Positions 1 to 7,361 of a stretch of 25,319 nucleotides of DNA are shown piece after piece. Positions within the stretch are counted from its first letter, which is position 1; the number at the start of each line of letters is the position of its first letter. The DNA comes from a virus (Duplodnaviria; Heunggongvirae; Uroviricota; Caudoviricetes), in IMG/VR virus record IMGVR_UViG_2648501787_000014; one strand, given 5' to 3'. The notes under the pieces are model-generated. The model was not told the DNA's origin. It searched no databases and saw only the letters and a list, made by a program, of their open reading frames with translations. Both the position numbers and the translations under genes were made by a program.

Positions 1-612
1 ATGGCTAAACCAGCGCGAAGACGATGTAAAAACGATGAATGTCGGGAATGGTTTCACCCTGCATTCGCTAATCAGTGGTGGTGCTCTCCAGAGTGTGGAA
101 CCAAGATAGCACTCGAACGACGAAGTAAAGAACGCGAAAAAGCGGAAAAAGCAGCAGAGAAGAAACGACGACGAGAGGAGCAGAAACAGAAAGATAAACT
201 TAAGATTCGAAAACTCGCCTTAAAGCCCCGCAGTTACTGGATTAAACAAGCCCAACAAGCCGTAAACGCCTTCATCAGAGAAAGAGACCGCGACTTACCA
301 TGTATCTCGTGCGGAACGCTCACGTCTGCTCAGTGGGATGCCGGACATTACCGGACAACTGCTGCGGCACCTCAACTCCGATTTGATGAACGCAATATTC
401 ACAAGCAATGCGTGGTGTGCAACCAGCACAAAAGCGGAAATCTCGTTCCGTATCGCGTCGAACTGATTAGCCGCATCGGGCAGGAAGCAGTAGACGAAAT
501 CGAATCAAACCATAACCGCCATCGCTGGACTGTCGAAGAGTGCAGGACCATCAAGGCGGAGTATCAACAGAAACTTAAAAAACTGCGAAACAGCAGAAGT
601 GAGGCTGCATGA
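1..612 (+). CDS. ninG: NinG (Rap) recombination-associated protein
   Basis: 203-aa ORF whose sequence ([20 protein letters not shown]...) matches lambda NinG as I remember it; the stop overlaps the next start (ATGA). Confidence 0.9.
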   Translation: MAKPARRRCKNDECREWFHPAFANQWWCSPECGTKIALERRSKEREKAEKAAEKKRRREEQKQKDKLKIRKLALKPRSYWIKQAQQAVNAFIRERDRDLPCISCGTLTSAQWDAGHYRTTAAAPQLRFDERNIHKQCVVCNQHKSGNLVPYRVELISRIGQEAVDEIESNHNRHRWTVEECRTIKAEYQQKLKKLRNSRSEAA

Positions 613-1280
613 ATATCTACGAAAGAATTGATGGCAGCAAATACCGAAATATTTGGGTAGTTGGCGATCTGCACGGATGCTACACGAACCTGATGAACAA
701 ACTGGATACGATTGGATTCGACAACAAAAAAGACCTGCTTATCTCGGTGGGCGATTTGGTTGATCGTGGTGCAGAGAACGTTGAATGCCTGGAATTAATC
801 ACATTCCCCTGGTTCAGAGCTGTACGTGGAAACCATGAGCAAATGATGATTGATGGCTTATCAGAGCGTGGAAACGTTAATCACTGGCTGCTTAATGGCG
901 GTGGCTGGTTCTTTAATCTCGATTACGACAAAGAAATTCTGGCTAAAGCTCTTGCCCATAAAGCAGAAGAACTTCCGTTAATCATCGAACTGGTGAGCAA
1001 AGGTAAAAAATATGTCATCTGCCACGCCGATTATCCTTGTGACGAATACGAATTTGGAAAGCCAGTTGATCATCAGCAGGTAATCTGGAACCGCGAACGA
1101 ATCAGCAACTCACAAGACGGGATCGTTAAAGAAATTAAAGGCGCGGACACGTTTATCTTTGGTCATACGCCAGCAGTGAAACCACTCAAATTTGCCAACC
1201 AGATGTATATCGATACTGGGGCAGTGTTCTGCGGAAATCTCACATTGATTCAGGTACAGGGAGAAGGCGCGTGGGCATAA
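609..1280 (+). CDS. ninI: Ser/Thr protein phosphatase (lambda NinI-like, calcineurin-type metallophosphatase)
   Basis: Metallophosphatase motifs GDLHG, GDLVDRG and GNHE; position after ninG and before Q. Confidence 0.9.
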   Translation: MNIYERIDGSKYRNIWVVGDLHGCYTNLMNKLDTIGFDNKKDLLISVGDLVDRGAENVECLELITFPWFRAVRGNHEQMMIDGLSERGNVNHWLLNGGGWFFNLDYDKEILAKALAHKAEELPLIIELVSKGKKYVICHADYPCDEYEFGKPVDHQQVIWNRERISNSQDGIVKEIKGADTFIFGHTPAVKPLKFANQMYIDTGAVFCGNLTLIQVQGEGAWA

Positions 1281-1789
1281 GAGAACTAAACCTCACCAAA
1301 GAACAGCATGAGTGGCTGAATGGCTGGCTTGAACTGTGGGGCGCATGGGTTTATTCAGGTCGTTTGGAAAAGCGCATGAGCAGCGTAATAGCGAAGTTCA
1401 TGGAGAGCGTAGAGCCGGGAAGAATTATGACAAGGCCAATGTGCAATGATGATGATGGAATGTTGATTTCTCAGGTCGTCGATTCCGTCATGTGCATTGA
1501 CAAGAAAGCCTTTGGCATCCTCCTCAGCTACTACGCTCATGGTTCATCTAAGCGAGCAATTGCATCCTACTATCACGCGACTGCAAAGCCACGCAAGATG
1601 TGTGGACGTGGTGGCGAGGGATGGAGAAAACCTTCACTGGCAACCTGTAGAAACGAAATTGACGACATCCTGAAAGCGTCATTATTTGTTTTGTACCAAC
1701 CAATGCAAAATGCTTTCAAAATGCGTAAACGTGTTGAGAAAGTTAAGCATGTTGCTGTTAAAAACCTTGACATGCAATTAGCCATTTAG
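1271..1789 (+). CDS. Late-gene antiterminator Q-like protein (non-lambda type)
   Basis: 172-aa Cys-rich ORF lying between ninI and the lysis cassette, overlapping ninI by 10 nt; assigned by position plus family resemblance, not by lambda Q identity. Confidence 0.6.
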   Translation: MGIRELNLTKEQHEWLNGWLELWGAWVYSGRLEKRMSSVIAKFMESVEPGRIMTRPMCNDDDGMLISQVVDSVMCIDKKAFGILLSYYAHGSSKRAIASYYHATAKPRKMCGRGGEGWRKPSLATCRNEIDDILKASLFVLYQPMQNAFKMRKRVEKVKHVAVKNLDMQLAI

Positions 1790-1796
1790 CCATAAT
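1767..1796 (+). promoter_or_regulatory. Candidate late promoter (pR'-like): TTGACA, 18-bp spacer, CATAAT
   Basis: TTGACA at 1767-1772 and CATAAT at 1791-1796, overlapping the 3' end of the Q-like gene and directly upstream of a T8-run terminator. Confidence 0.35.
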
Positions 1797-1806
1797 TAGA
1801 GGGTAA

Positions 1807-1849
1807 GCTGCCGTTAGTGACTCTTAAGTTGCAACGGTGGCTTTTTTTT
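1807..1849 (+). terminator. Candidate intrinsic terminator (tR'-like) downstream of the Q-like gene
   Basis: Imperfect stem (ccgtt/aacgg core with GU-extended flanks) followed by a run of 8 T at 1842-1849. Confidence 0.45.
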
Positions 1850-1854
1850 GTTTG

Positions 1855-1873
1855 CACAACAGGTAAGAGCATT
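1855..1873 (+). repeat. 19-bp direct repeat cacaacaggtaagagcatt, copy 1
   Basis: Exact 19-mer repeated at 2106-2124; this copy directly follows the terminator T-run. Confidence 0.8.
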
Positions 1874-2105
1874 CTCCCTTATGGGGCTTGGCTTAAATGC
1901 ACCGAGTGCTCTTATCGTTGTGGCAGCACAACGATAGTTTTCGTCAGAGTTGGCGACTTTGCGGTTTTTTAGAAACTGACCACAAAGATAAATGCAAACG
2001 ATGATGTTGTTCTGATGGCGGCGTAATAGCCTGTAAGTCAGCAAGGTCTTCCGACTCCTTGTAAACAAATTCGGCGCACTGGCCCGGTGTGATTAATAAT
2101 GGGCA

Positions 2106-2124
2106 CACAACAGGTAAGAGCATT
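2106..2124 (+). repeat. 19-bp direct repeat cacaacaggtaagagcatt, copy 2
   Basis: Exact copy of 1855-1873; directly abuts stem I of the hammerhead motif. Confidence 0.8.
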
Positions 2125-2172
2125 GCGCGCCTGACGAGTCCATGAGGGACGAAACGCATTAGCGTCGCGCGG
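2125..2172 (+). ncRNA. Hammerhead ribozyme motif (type I topology: open stem I, hairpin stems II and III)
   Basis: Stem I 5' strand GCGCGC (2125-2130); core CUGACGA (2131-2137); stem II GUCC/GGAC with loop AUGAG (2138-2150); GAAA (2151-2154); stem III A-CGC/GCG-U with loop AUUA (2154-2165); cleavage triplet GUC (2164-2166); stem I 3' strand GCGCG (2167-2171). Confidence 0.6.
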
Positions 2173-2616
2173 AGTATCCCCAGCCGGGGAATAACTGTAT
2201 ACCAGGGGAGACAACCCTAAGCGCATTTACGAGTGTGTTTAGGGCGTGGGTCGGCAATGACTCCCTGTGCAGCCGACATCTGGCCCGGCAACATACAGTG
2301 CTCTTTCCGTTGTGCTGAATTAAGCGAATACCGGAAGCAGAACAGGATCACCAAATGCGTACAGGCGTCATCGCCGCCCAGCAACAGCACAACCCAAACT
2401 GAGCCGTAGCCACTGGCTATCCTGAACTCATCAGTGATAGTTACGCTGCGGCCTTCTATACATGACCTTCGTGAAAGCGGGTGGCAAGAGGCTGCGCTAA
2501 CAACCTCCTGCCGTTTTGCCCGTGCATATCGGTCACGAACAAATCTGATTACTAAACACAGTAGCCTGGATTTGTTCTATCAGTAATCGACCTTATTCCT
2601 AATTAAATAGAGCAAA

Positions 2617-2631
2617 TCCCCTTATTGGGGG
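2617..2631 (+). promoter_or_regulatory. sdi-type RNA stem-loop controlling dual-start translation of holin/antiholin
   Basis: tCCCCttattGGGGg hairpin immediately upstream of ATG-AAG-ATG (Met1 at 2638, Met3 at 2644), as in lambda S. Confidence 0.6.
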
Positions 2632-2637
2632 TAAGAC

Positions 2638-2961
2638 ATGAAGATGCCAGAAAAACATGACCTGTTAGCCGCCATTCTCGCGGCAAAGGAACAAGGCATC
2701 GGGGCAATCCTTGCGTTTGCAATGGCGTACCTTCGCGGCAGATATAATGGCGGTGCGTTTACAAAAACAGTAATCGACGCAACGATGTGCGCCATTATCG
2801 CCTGGTTCATTCGTGACCTTCTCGACTTCGCCGGACTAAGTAGCAATCTCGCTTATATAACGAGCGTGTTCATCGGCTACATCGGTACTGACTCGATTGG
2901 TTCGCTTATCAAACGCTTCGCTGCTAAAAAAGCCGGAGTAGAAGATGGTGGAAATCAATAA
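2638..2961 (+). CDS. S: Holin/antiholin S (class I holin, S107/S105 dual start)
   Basis: 107-aa [23 protein letters not shown]... closely matching lambda S as I remember it; three hydrophobic segments; Met1-Lys2-Met3 dual start. Confidence 0.95.
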   Translation: MKMPEKHDLLAAILAAKEQGIGAILAFAMAYLRGRYNGGAFTKTVIDATMCAIIAWFIRDLLDFAGLSSNLAYITSVFIGYIGTDSIGSLIKRFAAKKAGVEDGGNQ

Positions 2962-3421
2962 TCAACGTAAGGCGTTCCTTGATATGCTGGCGTGGTCAGA
3001 GGGAACTGATAACGGACGGCAGAAAACCAGAAATCATGGTTATGACGTCATTGTAGGCGGAGAGCTATTCACTGATTACTCCGATCACCCTCGCAAACTT
3101 GTCACGCTAAATCCGAAACTCAAATCAACAGCCGCCGGACGTTACCAGCTTCTTTCCCGTTGGTGGGATGCCTATCGTAAGCAGCTTGGCTTGAAAGATT
3201 TCTCTCCGAAAAGCCAGGACGCTGTGGCACTGCAGCAGATTAAAGAGCGTGGCGCTTTACCGATGATTGATCGCGGTGATATCCGTCAGGCTATCGACCG
3301 TTGCAGCAATATCTGGGCTTCATTGCCGGGCGCTGGTTATGGTCAGTTCGAGCATAAGGCTGACAGCCTGATTGCAAAATTCAAAGAAGCGGGTGGAACG
3401 GTCAGAGAGATTGAGGTATGA
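2945..3421 (+). CDS. R: Endolysin R (lytic transglycosylase)
   Basis: 158-aa ORF closely matching lambda R; overlaps the S stop; standard lysis-cassette position. Confidence 0.95.
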   Translation: MVEINNQRKAFLDMLAWSEGTDNGRQKTRNHGYDVIVGGELFTDYSDHPRKLVTLNPKLKSTAAGRYQLLSRWWDAYRKQLGLKDFSPKSQDAVALQQIKERGALPMIDRGDIRQAIDRCSNIWASLPGAGYGQFEHKADSLIAKFKEAGGTVREIEV

Positions 3422-3855
3422 GCAGAATAACCGCGATTATCTCCGCTCTGGTTATCTGCATCATCGTCTGCCTGTCATGGGCTGTTAATCATTACCGTGA
3501 TAACGCCATCGCCTACAAAGAGCAGCGCGATAAGGCCACATCCACAATCGCTGACATGCAGAAGCGTCAACGTGACGTAGCAGAACTCGATGCCAGATAT
3601 ACAAAGGAGCTTGCTGATGCTAACGCGACTATCGAAAGTCTCCGTGCTGATGTTTCTGCTGGGCGTAAGCGCCTGCAAGTCGCCGCCACCTGTGCAAAGT
3701 CAACGACCGGAGCCAGCAGCATGGGCGATGGAGAAAGCCCAAGACTTACAGCAGATGCTGAACTCAATTATTACCGTCTCAGAAGTGGAATCGACAGGAT
3801 AACCGCGCAGGTTAACTACCTGCAGGAGTACATCAGGACGCAATGCCTTCGATGA
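3418..3855 (+). CDS. Rz: Rz i-spanin (inner-membrane spanin subunit)
   Basis: N-terminal TM segment ([16 protein letters not shown]) then coiled-coil; N-terminus close to lambda Rz; overlaps the R stop. Confidence 0.9.
   Translation: MSRITAIISALVICIIVCLSWAVNHYRDNAIAYKEQRDKATSTIADMQKRQRDVAELDARYTKELADANATIESLRADVSAGRKRLQVAATCAKSTTGASSMGDGESPRLTADAELNYYRLRSGIDRITAQVNYLQEYIRTQCLR
3617..3802 (+). CDS. Rz1: Rz1 o-spanin lipoprotein, embedded in the +1 frame of Rz
   Basis: Embedded ORF with signal peptide and lipobox ([20 protein letters not shown]) and a Pro-rich mature region; start taken at the internal Met (track ORF begins at 3590). Confidence 0.8.
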   Translation: MLTRLSKVSVLMFLLGVSACKSPPPVQSQRPEPAAWAMEKAQDLQQMLNSIITVSEVESTG

Positions 3856-4029
3856 TAGCGATAATTTTACTCATCATCCTTCACATCTGGCTCTGTAGGC
3901 AGGGTGGTGAACACTTCTGGAGTGAATCCGGATTAAATATCTCATTGCTGATGCTTGATATTGAGCATCTGGCGCGCGGTAAGGGGCTGCGTTGAGATAA
4001 GGGCCAGTCATTACAAATACCAGGATTTA

Positions 4030-4053
4030 GCCTCGCATTTGCGGGGCTTTTTT
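4030..4053 (+). terminator. Intrinsic terminator downstream of the lysis cassette
   Basis: Stem gcctcgc (4030-4036) / gcggggc (4041-4047), loop attt, then TTTTTT (4048-4053). Confidence 0.6.
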
Positions 4054-4199
4054 ACATCTGCAGTAAACCGCGCATCGCAGCGCGTAACAATCCCGAGTCT
4101 TTCAGAAAGCTGAGCCTGAGAACTGCCGTATATGGTGGCGACCATCTCGGGGCGGCTTTTCTGTGCGAACAGGCTCATCTTTCTAAAAGGTAAGACGCT

Positions 4200-4721
4200 A
4201 TGAATATCGTTCCACTAAATTACAAAGGCGAACCTATCCGCTTCAATACTGATGGCTGGATTAATGCCACTGATATTGCAAAACGTTTCGGGAAGCGTCT
4301 GGATCACTGGTTGTCCAACGCTGAAACTCTCGAATACGTTAGAGCTCTGGATGAGGTTTATTCAGGTGAGCCATCGAAAATTCTACATACCCGTGATTCC
4401 GGGTATGTAAAAACAAGCAAGGCACGAAAGGACAGGGGCGGCGGAACATGGCTGCATCCAAAGTTATCAGTTGCCTTTGCAAGATGGTGCGATCCGAAAT
4501 TCTCCGTATGGTGCGACCTGCACATTGATAGTCTGCTTCGCGGTGAACTGACTGAGCAGCAGAAATATGAGCAAGCATGTCGCATTCGCGATGACCGGAA
4601 ATCAAAAGCCAGCAATGGGGCAAGAGAGATGGCTCGCTGGCGATGGGATAAGCCGGTTATTGAAGCAAATGTCGAGTACTGGCGCGAGCAACTGCAGTTG
4701 ACTCTCGATATCGCGTGCTGA
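4200..4721 (+). CDS. KilA-N domain DNA-binding protein
   Basis: N-terminal region with KilA-N-like motifs (NATDIAKRFGK ... GTWLHPKLSVAFARW); RBS aaaagg upstream. Confidence 0.6.
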   Translation: MNIVPLNYKGEPIRFNTDGWINATDIAKRFGKRLDHWLSNAETLEYVRALDEVYSGEPSKILHTRDSGYVKTSKARKDRGGGTWLHPKLSVAFARWCDPKFSVWCDLHIDSLLRGELTEQQKYEQACRIRDDRKSKASNGAREMARWRWDKPVIEANVEYWREQLQLTLDIAC

Positions 4722-5078
4722 TGGCAAACGCAAAACTGCGTTATCGGAAAAATCAAAGCATTACGAGAACTGAGCAACGGCTATCCATTACAAAGCCCAT
4801 CTACGGGTGGGCTTGATAATGAAACCGGAATTTATTCTTGGCAACCAGTTACGGCAGTACCACGAAACAACCCAAGCCAGTAAGTGGGGAAATAACACTG
4901 GCAGCCACTGAAAGATGAACCTCCAGCCTTATGGCAAAAAAGATTCTTTGTGGTGGCGGACTGATGGAAAGACATCGGTTATTGCAGAGACCATTCAATG
5001 AGTGGTCTCGACAATGGCTTATACCCTACACGGGATAACTTAACTGATATCCCTTTTAACGGATAAACGGAGCCAACA

Positions 5079-5321
5079 ATGGCAGAGATTATTCCCATGA
5101 CTGAAGAACAGAAATTCCAGTTAGAGATTTACAAACTGGTCATGAACCAGAACGCAGCCGCAGAGGAAGCATTTCAATTCATCGGCACTGACGAGCTGAA
5201 GCTTGAACTATTCAAAATTCACTTCCAGTCAGGCGGCGCTAATTCAGATATCACGATCCGCACATTCGAAGCGGTGCGTAAATCGAAGGAAGCGTTAGAC
5301 CTGTTCACTACCGGAGCATGA
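5079..5321 (+). CDS. Hypothetical protein (80 aa)
   Basis: GGAG RBS 6 nt upstream of the ATG; stop overlaps the next small ORF; no family recognised. Confidence 0.5.
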   Translation: MAEIIPMTEEQKFQLEIYKLVMNQNAAAEEAFQFIGTDELKLELFKIHFQSGGANSDITIRTFEAVRKSKEALDLFTTGA

Positions 5322-5322
5322 T

Positions 5323-5502
5323 GTGAGCCGCGTAATCAATTTGGGTAAGGAGAAGAAATTCCCAATTACTCAAGAGCTATACGAGCGGCTGGAAATCGTT
5401 ATCCATGATTACGATGGTGAAATCAGTTTATGCGAGGCGATTGGCACACTCGAATTGCTGAAGCAGTCACTGATTGAAGGCGCGAAAGAGTCCTCAACCT
5501 GA
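5323..5502 (+). CDS. Hypothetical small protein (59 aa, GTG start), translationally coupled to the upstream ORF
   Basis: GTG at 5323 preceded by GGAG (5312-5315); translates to VSRVINLGKEKKFPITQELYERLEIVIHDYDGEISLCEAIGTLELLKQSLIEGAKESST; not in the ORF track. Confidence 0.35.
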   Translation: MSRVINLGKEKKFPITQELYERLEIVIHDYDGEISLCEAIGTLELLKQSLIEGAKESST

Positions 5503-5525
5503 AATAAAAATTAAGTGAGATGAAT

Positions 5526-5948
5526 ATGGCGACTGAACCAAAAGCTGGTCGCCCCTCTGATTATATGCCGGAGGTGGCTGACGATATCTGCTCGTTGCTT
5601 TCTTCTGGCGAGAGTTTGCTGAAAGTATGTAAGCGTCCTGGTATGCCGGATAAGTCCACTGTTTTCCGCTGGTTGGCAAAGCATGAGGATTTTCGCGACA
5701 AGTACGCGAAGGCAACTGAGGCACGAGCTGATTCTATTTTCGAAGAGATATTCGAAATTGCTGACAATGCGATTCCAGATGCTGCTGAAGTGGCAAAGGC
5801 AAGACTTCGCGTTGATACACGCAAATGGGCGTTGGCCCGAATGAATCCCCGTAAGTATGGCGACAAGGTAACTAACGAGCTTGTCGGTAAGGACGGCGGC
5901 GCAATCCAGATTGAAACATCACCGATGAGCACTCTATTCGGAAAATGA
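5526..5948 (+). CDS. Terminase small subunit
   Basis: HTH-like N-terminus (GRPSDYMPEVADDICSLLSSGESLLKVCK ... STVFRWL) typical of phage small terminases; directly upstream of and overlapping the large terminase. Start taken at the second ATG (5526) on RBS spacing; track ORF starts at 5520. Confidence 0.8.
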   Translation: MATEPKAGRPSDYMPEVADDICSLLSSGESLLKVCKRPGMPDKSTVFRWLAKHEDFRDKYAKATEARADSIFEEIFEIADNAIPDAAEVAKARLRVDTRKWALARMNPRKYGDKVTNELVGKDGGAIQIETSPMSTLFGK

Positions 5949-7360
5949 CCTCGATTAATCCTATCTTTGAACCGTTCATTGAGGCGCATCGCTACAAAGT
6001 CGCCAAAGGCGGTCGAGGTAGCGGTAAATCATGGGCAATTGCGAGGCTGCTTGTTGAGGCGGCACGTCGGCAGCCTGTGCGTATTCTTTGCGCTCGTGAA
6101 CTGCAAAACAGTATCAGCGATTCGGTAATCCGGTTGCTTGAAGATACCATCGAGCGTGAAGGGTATTCGGCTGAGTTTGAAATTCAGCGTTCCATGATTC
6201 GTCATCTCGGAACGAATGCTGAGTTCATGTTCTACGGCATCAAAAACAACCCGACGAAGATTAAATCGCTAGAAGGTATTGATATCTGCTGGGTGGAGGA
6301 AGCGGAAGCGGTAACGAAGGAATCATGGGATATCCTGATACCAACCATCCGCAAGCCGTTTTCCGAAATATGGGTGAGCTTTAACCCTAAGAACATCCTC
6401 GACGATACCTATCAGCGATTCGTTGTAAATCCTCCCGATGATATTTGCCTGCTGACGGTGAACTACACCGACAACCCGCACTTTCCTGAAGTCCTCCGTC
6501 TGGAGATGGAAGAGTGTAAACGCAGAAATCCGACACTGTATCGTCACATCTGGCTTGGTGAGCCAGTGAGCGCAAGTGATATGGCAATCATCAAACGTGA
6601 ATGGCTTGAAGCTGCAACCGATGCGCACAAGAAACTCGGATGGAAAGCGAAAGGCGCTGTTGTTTCTGCACATGACCCGTCAGATACAGGGCCAGATGCT
6701 AAAGGTTACGCATCGCGCCACGGTTCGGTAGTTAAGCGCATTGCCGAAGGTCTGCTGATGGACATCAACGATGGTGCTGACTGGGCTACTTCGCTGGCGA
6801 TTGAAGACGGCGCTGACCACTACCTGTGGGATGGTGATGGTGTTGGTGCCGGGCTACGCAGACAGACAACGGAAGCGTTCTCCGGTAAGAAAATCACCGC
6901 CACGATGTTCAAGGGTAGCGAATCGCCATTCGATGAAGATGCGCCTTACCAGGCCGGAGCATGGGCTGATGAAGTCGTGCAGGGCGACAACGTTCGCACT
7001 ATTGGCGATGTATTCCGCAATAAGCGAGCGCAATTCTATTACGCGCTGGCTGACAGGCTGTATCTGACATATCGGGCGGTTGTTCACGGTGAGTATGCAG
7101 ACCCCGACGACATGCTGAGTTTCGACAAAGAAGCGATAGGCGAGAAGATGCTGGAGAAGCTGTTTGCAGAACTGACGCAGATCCAGCGCAAATTCAATAA
7201 CAACGGGAAGCTGGAGCTTATGACTAAGGTCGAAATGAAGCAGAAGCTCGGTATTCCATCTCCTAACCTGGCTGATGCGCTGATGATGTGTATGCATTGC
7301 CCGGAGTCGGCTGCGCAACCCGACTATTCCAGTTACTCAATTCCTTGTGGTGTAGGTTGA
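5945..7360 (+). CDS. Terminase large subunit
   Basis: 471 aa; Walker A motif KGGRGSGKS near the N-terminus; nuclease-like C-terminal half; ATGA overlap with the small subunit. Confidence 0.9.
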   Translation: MTSINPIFEPFIEAHRYKVAKGGRGSGKSWAIARLLVEAARRQPVRILCARELQNSISDSVIRLLEDTIEREGYSAEFEIQRSMIRHLGTNAEFMFYGIKNNPTKIKSLEGIDICWVEEAEAVTKESWDILIPTIRKPFSEIWVSFNPKNILDDTYQRFVVNPPDDICLLTVNYTDNPHFPEVLRLEMEECKRRNPTLYRHIWLGEPVSASDMAIIKREWLEAATDAHKKLGWKAKGAVVSAHDPSDTGPDAKGYASRHGSVVKRIAEGLLMDINDGADWATSLAIEDGADHYLWDGDGVGAGLRRQTTEAFSGKKITATMFKGSESPFDEDAPYQAGAWADEVVQGDNVRTIGDVFRNKRAQFYYALADRLYLTYRAVVHGEYADPDDMLSFDKEAIGEKMLEKLFAELTQIQRKFNNNGKLELMTKVEMKQKLGIPSPNLADALMMCMHCPESAAQPDYSSYSIPCGVG

Positions 7361-7361
7361 T

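Noticed and set aside
1814-2226. Overlapping small minus-strand ORFs (62-84 aa) in the Q-S leader
   Set aside because: No RBS, mutually overlapping frames, and the region is better explained as structured non-coding RNA (hammerhead, hairpins, direct repeats).
3856-4029. bor-like lipoprotein gene on the minus strand downstream of Rz, as in lambda
   Set aside because: No ORF of suitable size with a lipoprotein signal on either strand; the interval appears non-coding and ends in a terminator.
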